A stretch of DNA of 64,000 bases from assembly GCF_964204645.1 (NCBI RefSeq), contig NC_134030.1, positions 14,632,110 to 14,696,109 of the forward strand. The letters are read 5' to 3'. Position numbers and translations under genes: made by a program. Shown one piece after another: positions 59,102-64,000 of the stretch (position 1 is its first letter; each line of letters opens with the position of its first letter). Below the pieces are notes generated by a model. The model saw nothing but the letters and a program-made list of their open reading frames with translations, searched no databases and was not told the DNA's origin. Source of the stretch: Tubulanus polymorphus. Lineage: Eukaryota; Animalia; Nemertea.

Positions 59102-59290
59102 CTTCCAGCCATTAATAAACTGATCCACTTCAGTTTCATTGACTGTTTTATGTTTTTTGAATTCATCTTTTACGTATTGGTCGCCCATTGCTCTCATTTC
59201 AATTGGTAAACCACGGTGTAATTGTAGAATTTGTTTATATAACTGCCGCACTTGACGGAATCGAGCTTTACTCACGGTACTCATCTTCAT
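59102..59290 (-). CDS. SDHAF3: SDHAF3 (succinate dehydrogenase assembly factor 3, LYR family) exon 1
   Basis: LYKQILQLHRGLP...GDQYVKDEFKKHK...W signature; donor AAG|GTAAGT; joins exon 2 to give 137 aa. Confidence 0.88.
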
Positions 59291-59332
59291 TCCAAGATTA
59301 TCTAGATCTAATCATAAATACCTTAAAAAAAT

Positions 59333-59369
<37 letters not shown>

Positions 59370-60689
59370 TTACGATTTAAATTATCAATAAGGAGCCTAT
59401 CGGCTTATATAGCTCCGCTGTGTGATTTGAAGAAATAGAAGCTGCATACCTAGGGGGTGCCCCCTTGTGGCCAAATCCAAGAAGGGCTCTGTACTTTGTA
59501 GGTATTGGTCCATAGAACATTCAACCAAATTTGGAATTGATTGGATTAAAACTAGGCCAGTTCCGAACACGCACTCTACTGAACGTTAGTCCAGCATGTT
59601 CACCGCAGCGCTACCGGGTCAGTTCACAAGCCGGTTCATAGAGCTATTATATATTAGAATTCCATGAAGCTTAGATATTAGGTTCACTCCTACGTACATT
59701 CTTGTTCGCTCTTCTGACCTGGATAAATTCTTTTACGTGATATTAATTCATAATAAATTACCATACACAAATTCGAAACGATCAGACGATGAGTTATATT
59801 TTTCTCTTAATTGAAAATTACGTTTATAAGCTGTTAGTAGGCGAATCTGAGAGGAGATACATTTTATGAAAAAGAACTGTATGGAAAGTGAAGGAATAAT
59901 CACGAGAATTACAATATGGCTTCTGCAAAGCAGCTGAAACCCTAAATTCATTTTGGGATTCAAACCTAATAGAAACGGAAACATTGGAGTCATCAAAACA
60001 CACGCTCATTATGCGTACTGACATGACCCAGTTTTGAAAGTTCTGACACGTAGTGACGCCTGCGCACTAGAGAATTTTGGAATAGAGAATTTCTCCAACA
60101 CTAACTAATGTGCATGCGTTAAAAACGAAGACATTGGAAACATAACGTTTTTTGCAGTCGCATGAAAAAATAGTTGAAGTGAAGCAACATAACAATATGG
60201 CAACTTTTTGTGCATGATAAAAGGTAAATTATGGATTCGGACTTGAACTTGGACTGACATTGATGCCAAAGCAGATATTATTCTCGTTTCAAATTCTTAA
60301 GGTAAAATTCACCGAAATGAATTTTATTAACAAAAAATAACATTTAGAGTAATTCTTGGTAAAAGAGCAGATCCGCACCTCTCGTGAATGGTTCAGTCAA
60401 TTACATTAAATATCACTGTATCAGAATCAAAATTTCATCAGCAATTCAGAACAGTGGTTTATTTTATGATATCTTCACTAGAAAGTAAATTTTCGGCCTG
60501 GATTTTGTCTCGAGATAGTCACCATTTTTTTAACCAGAGGCCATATTGAATGGGTATTATATCTAAAGTGAAGATCTGTTTAGAATATTTGTTGAAACAA
60601 TGAACCATTCAATTTGAGGAAGAAAAATAAAATTTCTTGTCAATTCACGCGCATAGCAACGTAAAAATGGTAAGTCAGACCAAAAAATA

Positions 60690-61330
60690 ACTAGGGGTCC
60701 AGGGACACCATATGCCCACTTAGGAAGTGGATTCTAATGCTCAACAATCTAACAATTTCAATATTCAATGTCCCTGGTGAACAAAAAAACCCAATGACTT
60801 TGAAACTCACCACAATCATAGAACATGTCATGAACGACAACTTTGCAATTGATCATGGTAACAAAATATGCCTAGGTACCAATCTAATGAGGAAATACTA
60901 AGTTATTCTACTATTCAACGCCCCTTGGTGGCCATATACAAAACCAATGACCTTGAAAACACCAATATCATAGAACATGTTATGAGCTACAACTTTCCAA
61001 TTGATTGTGGTAACACAACATGCTTAGGTATCAATATAATATGGAAAAACTTTTTCCAACCTACACCTGAGTACTGATGACACAAAGATGGCCACCAATT
61101 GCCTCATAATTGGCCGATCAAAAATACCTGTTTCAGGTATAAACATCCCTGTCCAAAGAATCCATCACAAATTTCGATGCGAAATGGCAAACCAGTCAGA
61201 AGCTACAGGACTCAGAATTAGGGTCAAAATATACATTTTTGGGCACTAAAAAGGTCATAGGACGATCATCTTGAGTCCGATCGACCAAATTTTTCTTATG
61301 CTGATTCATATAAATACAAAAGATCAATAT
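60690..61330 (-). mobile_element. HINE-like element, partial
   Basis: Same ACTAGGGGTCCAGGGACACC end and internal units as the other copies. Confidence 0.7.
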
Positions 61331-63532
61331 CATATATTATCATTCAATTCATAGGGCCAGGGAGATTAAAAGACAAATATCCCTGACATGAACTTCTGTG
61401 GGTCCCTGAGAAAACTGTTTTTTTAAAGGTTATTCTGGAGCATTTCCTGGACCAAATAGATGTAAAATCAATAACAAGAGCCCAAAGGGGCACTATGGCC
61501 AGCCCGTCAGCTTTTCATAAAATGGCAAATGACGCATTCTGTGGGTTACATTTGTCCAAATACACTCCCAGCCCATAGACTTAGTCAATCCCAGGCTAAT
61601 ATTGTGTTTTCATAAGTAGCACAGACAGCAACTGGAGCTGGCAGGAACAAATACCTCAAATAAATCTTTTTCCTTGGTCTTATTGATTTGAATGCAGAAT
61701 AGAACTGAATTTTCTAAAATTTGTTCAATAAAACAAAATTGAATCGGATAGTTTTATTGCAGAATAAAATTTGATTGAATTTGCAGTTTGAGCACATGGC
61801 TAATTGGCGTATCAAGGTCATCCATCCGATTTGAGAAAAAGCTATTTTTCACGAACTTTGGACAATTGTCAATGATATTTTCTTTAGTGCAAATAAAAAT
61901 ATTCCTCCCAAAAATCAAATCAACTAAATATTTCAGAGAAATCGATATTGAAATACAATTTTAGATCTTAAAATAAAACCCAGAAGTAACACGGTAGACG
62001 TACCGCGGGTTCACCCACGTGAACACCCGCTGATCTCTGCGGCTAAGCCAATCATAGAGGAGTCTTTGCTTTCTGATTGGTTTTTTAAAACGGATATTTT
62101 TGCGAAAAAGCTCATATAAATTTTAACGAGCCCCTCTTTCAAAATTCAGCTTCATAGAGGATGGAGAACGGATAATGCTCTAATGAATGATTTGTATGAA
62201 TTTATGCTCAGTTTCACAGTCAAAGAGCCTTAGCTCTGGCAACCATGTCATTTAAATTTGCTCCATTTGTATGGTTATAGGCTCAGTCTATGGCTGGCCT
62301 AAAAATCAAGGGTTTTTATTATATTCAGAATGGAGAATGGATTTTATTCTATCAATACTGTTACTAGCATTAACACATTCAAAACTCTTGAGTGAAAGAA
62401 ATAAACAAACAATTTACTGAGAAAGCAATTCACTGACCTGATGTAATCATATTGCATCAAAACAAATACATGTACCAGGACACAATTAAGCAAGGTGTTA
62501 CTTTAGGGTAGTGAATTGATAATTTTCTATTACACAATATTCCATTGATTGTTATGTATTAGTCAAAAATATTAACTCTATACTAATTTCAGCAGCAAAA
62601 ATACAGGTAAAGATTTATATATTGCAAAGTTTTGATAAACACACAATATTTCATTGATTAGTTAAATACATCTAGTCTATACACATTTCAGCAGCAAGTA
62701 AATTATTGATTTACGAATTGTAAATTTTTGATTTACACAATATTTCATTGATTTTTATGTATTAGTTTAAAAAATTGTAACTTAGTCTTTACTTACAGTA
62801 AGTAAACTATTTACACAGGTATACCAGCAGTAGAATAACCCAAATTGCAATTCTTTGGTGAACACAATATTTCATTCGCTAACTACAGACAATAACATTA
62901 TAACCATCACTTATAGGGGTCATGAAGAGGTTTTTGAGATATGGCTAAAAGTATTTTTTATCATCAATCATAACTTATTGATTGATTTAGTGGTCAAGAA
63001 ATTAATTTTCAATTCTTCAATTAGTGTTAAAACGAGACTTTCGATTGGCCGCGCTGATGCCTTCCCAACCCGGAAGTGTGAAGTCATTCTGAGAACCCAA
63101 ACCATAACAACATGGTGAAGTGTATTGAAACAAACAGCGATTAAAGTGCAAAATAGTGACTCAAATACATCAGATTCCAATCAAACGTCTAAAGTTTAAG
63201 AAGCCAACTGTTCATCATTCCATTTAATTTGGACCTGATGCCTCAGAACAAAGCAACTTGTGACTATAGTACAGCACATTTCTACGTCAAGAAGCAGCGA
63301 GCATTCGTCATCATTTAAGTCATTCCCTCTATGTAAAAACCATGCGGAGGGGATGACTGATATAGACATCGCAGATATTTCTGTGGGTAGAGATATTTTT
63401 ATCCAGTACTGAACCATAAAAGCGTCCTGATAAAATAACACTACCCGGTATGCTTTCAAAACAGCACGAGACAGACAAATTAAATTGGGATCAGTTATGA
63501 AAACAAGATGTTTAGCTACCAAAGTACTGACT

Positions 63533-64000
63533 TCAGATATCCCTCACAGCAATAAACTCTGATGCAACTGATTCAGCAGACAAGGAGTCAGTGACGTCGT
63601 TGTGCACGTGCAAGAGCATTAGATGATTCAGCCGCTGCCGAGTCATAGTTGACCGCAGGTAAGCTTTCAGTAAACAGAGAGCACTGAAGGATCTTTTTGA
63701 AACCGCGTTTTTGGCTGGCATAGCAACTAACAACACAGTAACACAGTAACTATTTCTGATAAGAATTCTTTTTCTGCTGAGGTGCGCATCTAAACCTTTT
63801 TAATCACATCTCGAATCGTAATTCAAGCTTAAAAGATCTGCTGAACCTCCAGTCAATTTGCCTGAACATCACCGGATGGAGTGATGTCCTTATCACACTG
63901 TCTAATTCATCCTTATAGCATAAGCCAGTAGCAGCTTTCAGTAACAACTGCTCGACATTTTGATAAATTGTATACCCTGGCTGCTCAAACCTGGAAAAAC
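63533..64000 (-). pseudogene. hAT transposase C-terminal dimerisation domain remnant
   Basis: MPA..AVS.RSFSAL..LK.YLRSTM...RLNHLMLLHVH motif. Confidence 0.8.

Noticed and set aside
59339-59365. (TA)n microsatellite (and (CATAT)n at ~138-163)
   Set aside because: Ordinary simple repeats.

Overview
Eukaryotic (invertebrate animal-like) repeat-rich genomic DNA. The centre is a nested mobile-element complex. An env-carrying, chromodomain-integrase Gypsy/Metaviridae retroelement (21200-26608 plus 44882-~45230) is interrupted by two related AT-rich Polinton/Maverick (adintovirus-like) endogenous viruses. Copy B (26609-44881) is full length, with AG...CT ends, ~603-bp TIRs and a 6-bp TSD GCTAAC. 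Copy A (~12470-21199) is 5'-truncated. This Polinton lineage has several unusual traits: every terminus is itself a ~406-bp imperfect palindrome whose two arms co-vary between copies; nearly all genes start in a poxvirus-late-like TAAATG context; there is no recognisable adenain protease; the HNH-ORF-ORF-integrase-ATPase block is inverted between the copies; and a 27-nt GC-rich palindromic micro-insertion (AVRHPHGG) sits in frame in different genes in the two copies. The flanks hold a decayed MULE transposase, a 31-bp satellite, several Helentron-type non-autonomous elements (HINE-like), MITEs, Tc1/IS630-like, hAT and BEL remnants, and one host gene, SDHAF3 (two exons, minus strand, ~7.4-kb intron). 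All calls are from motif recognition by eye; no database searches were run.
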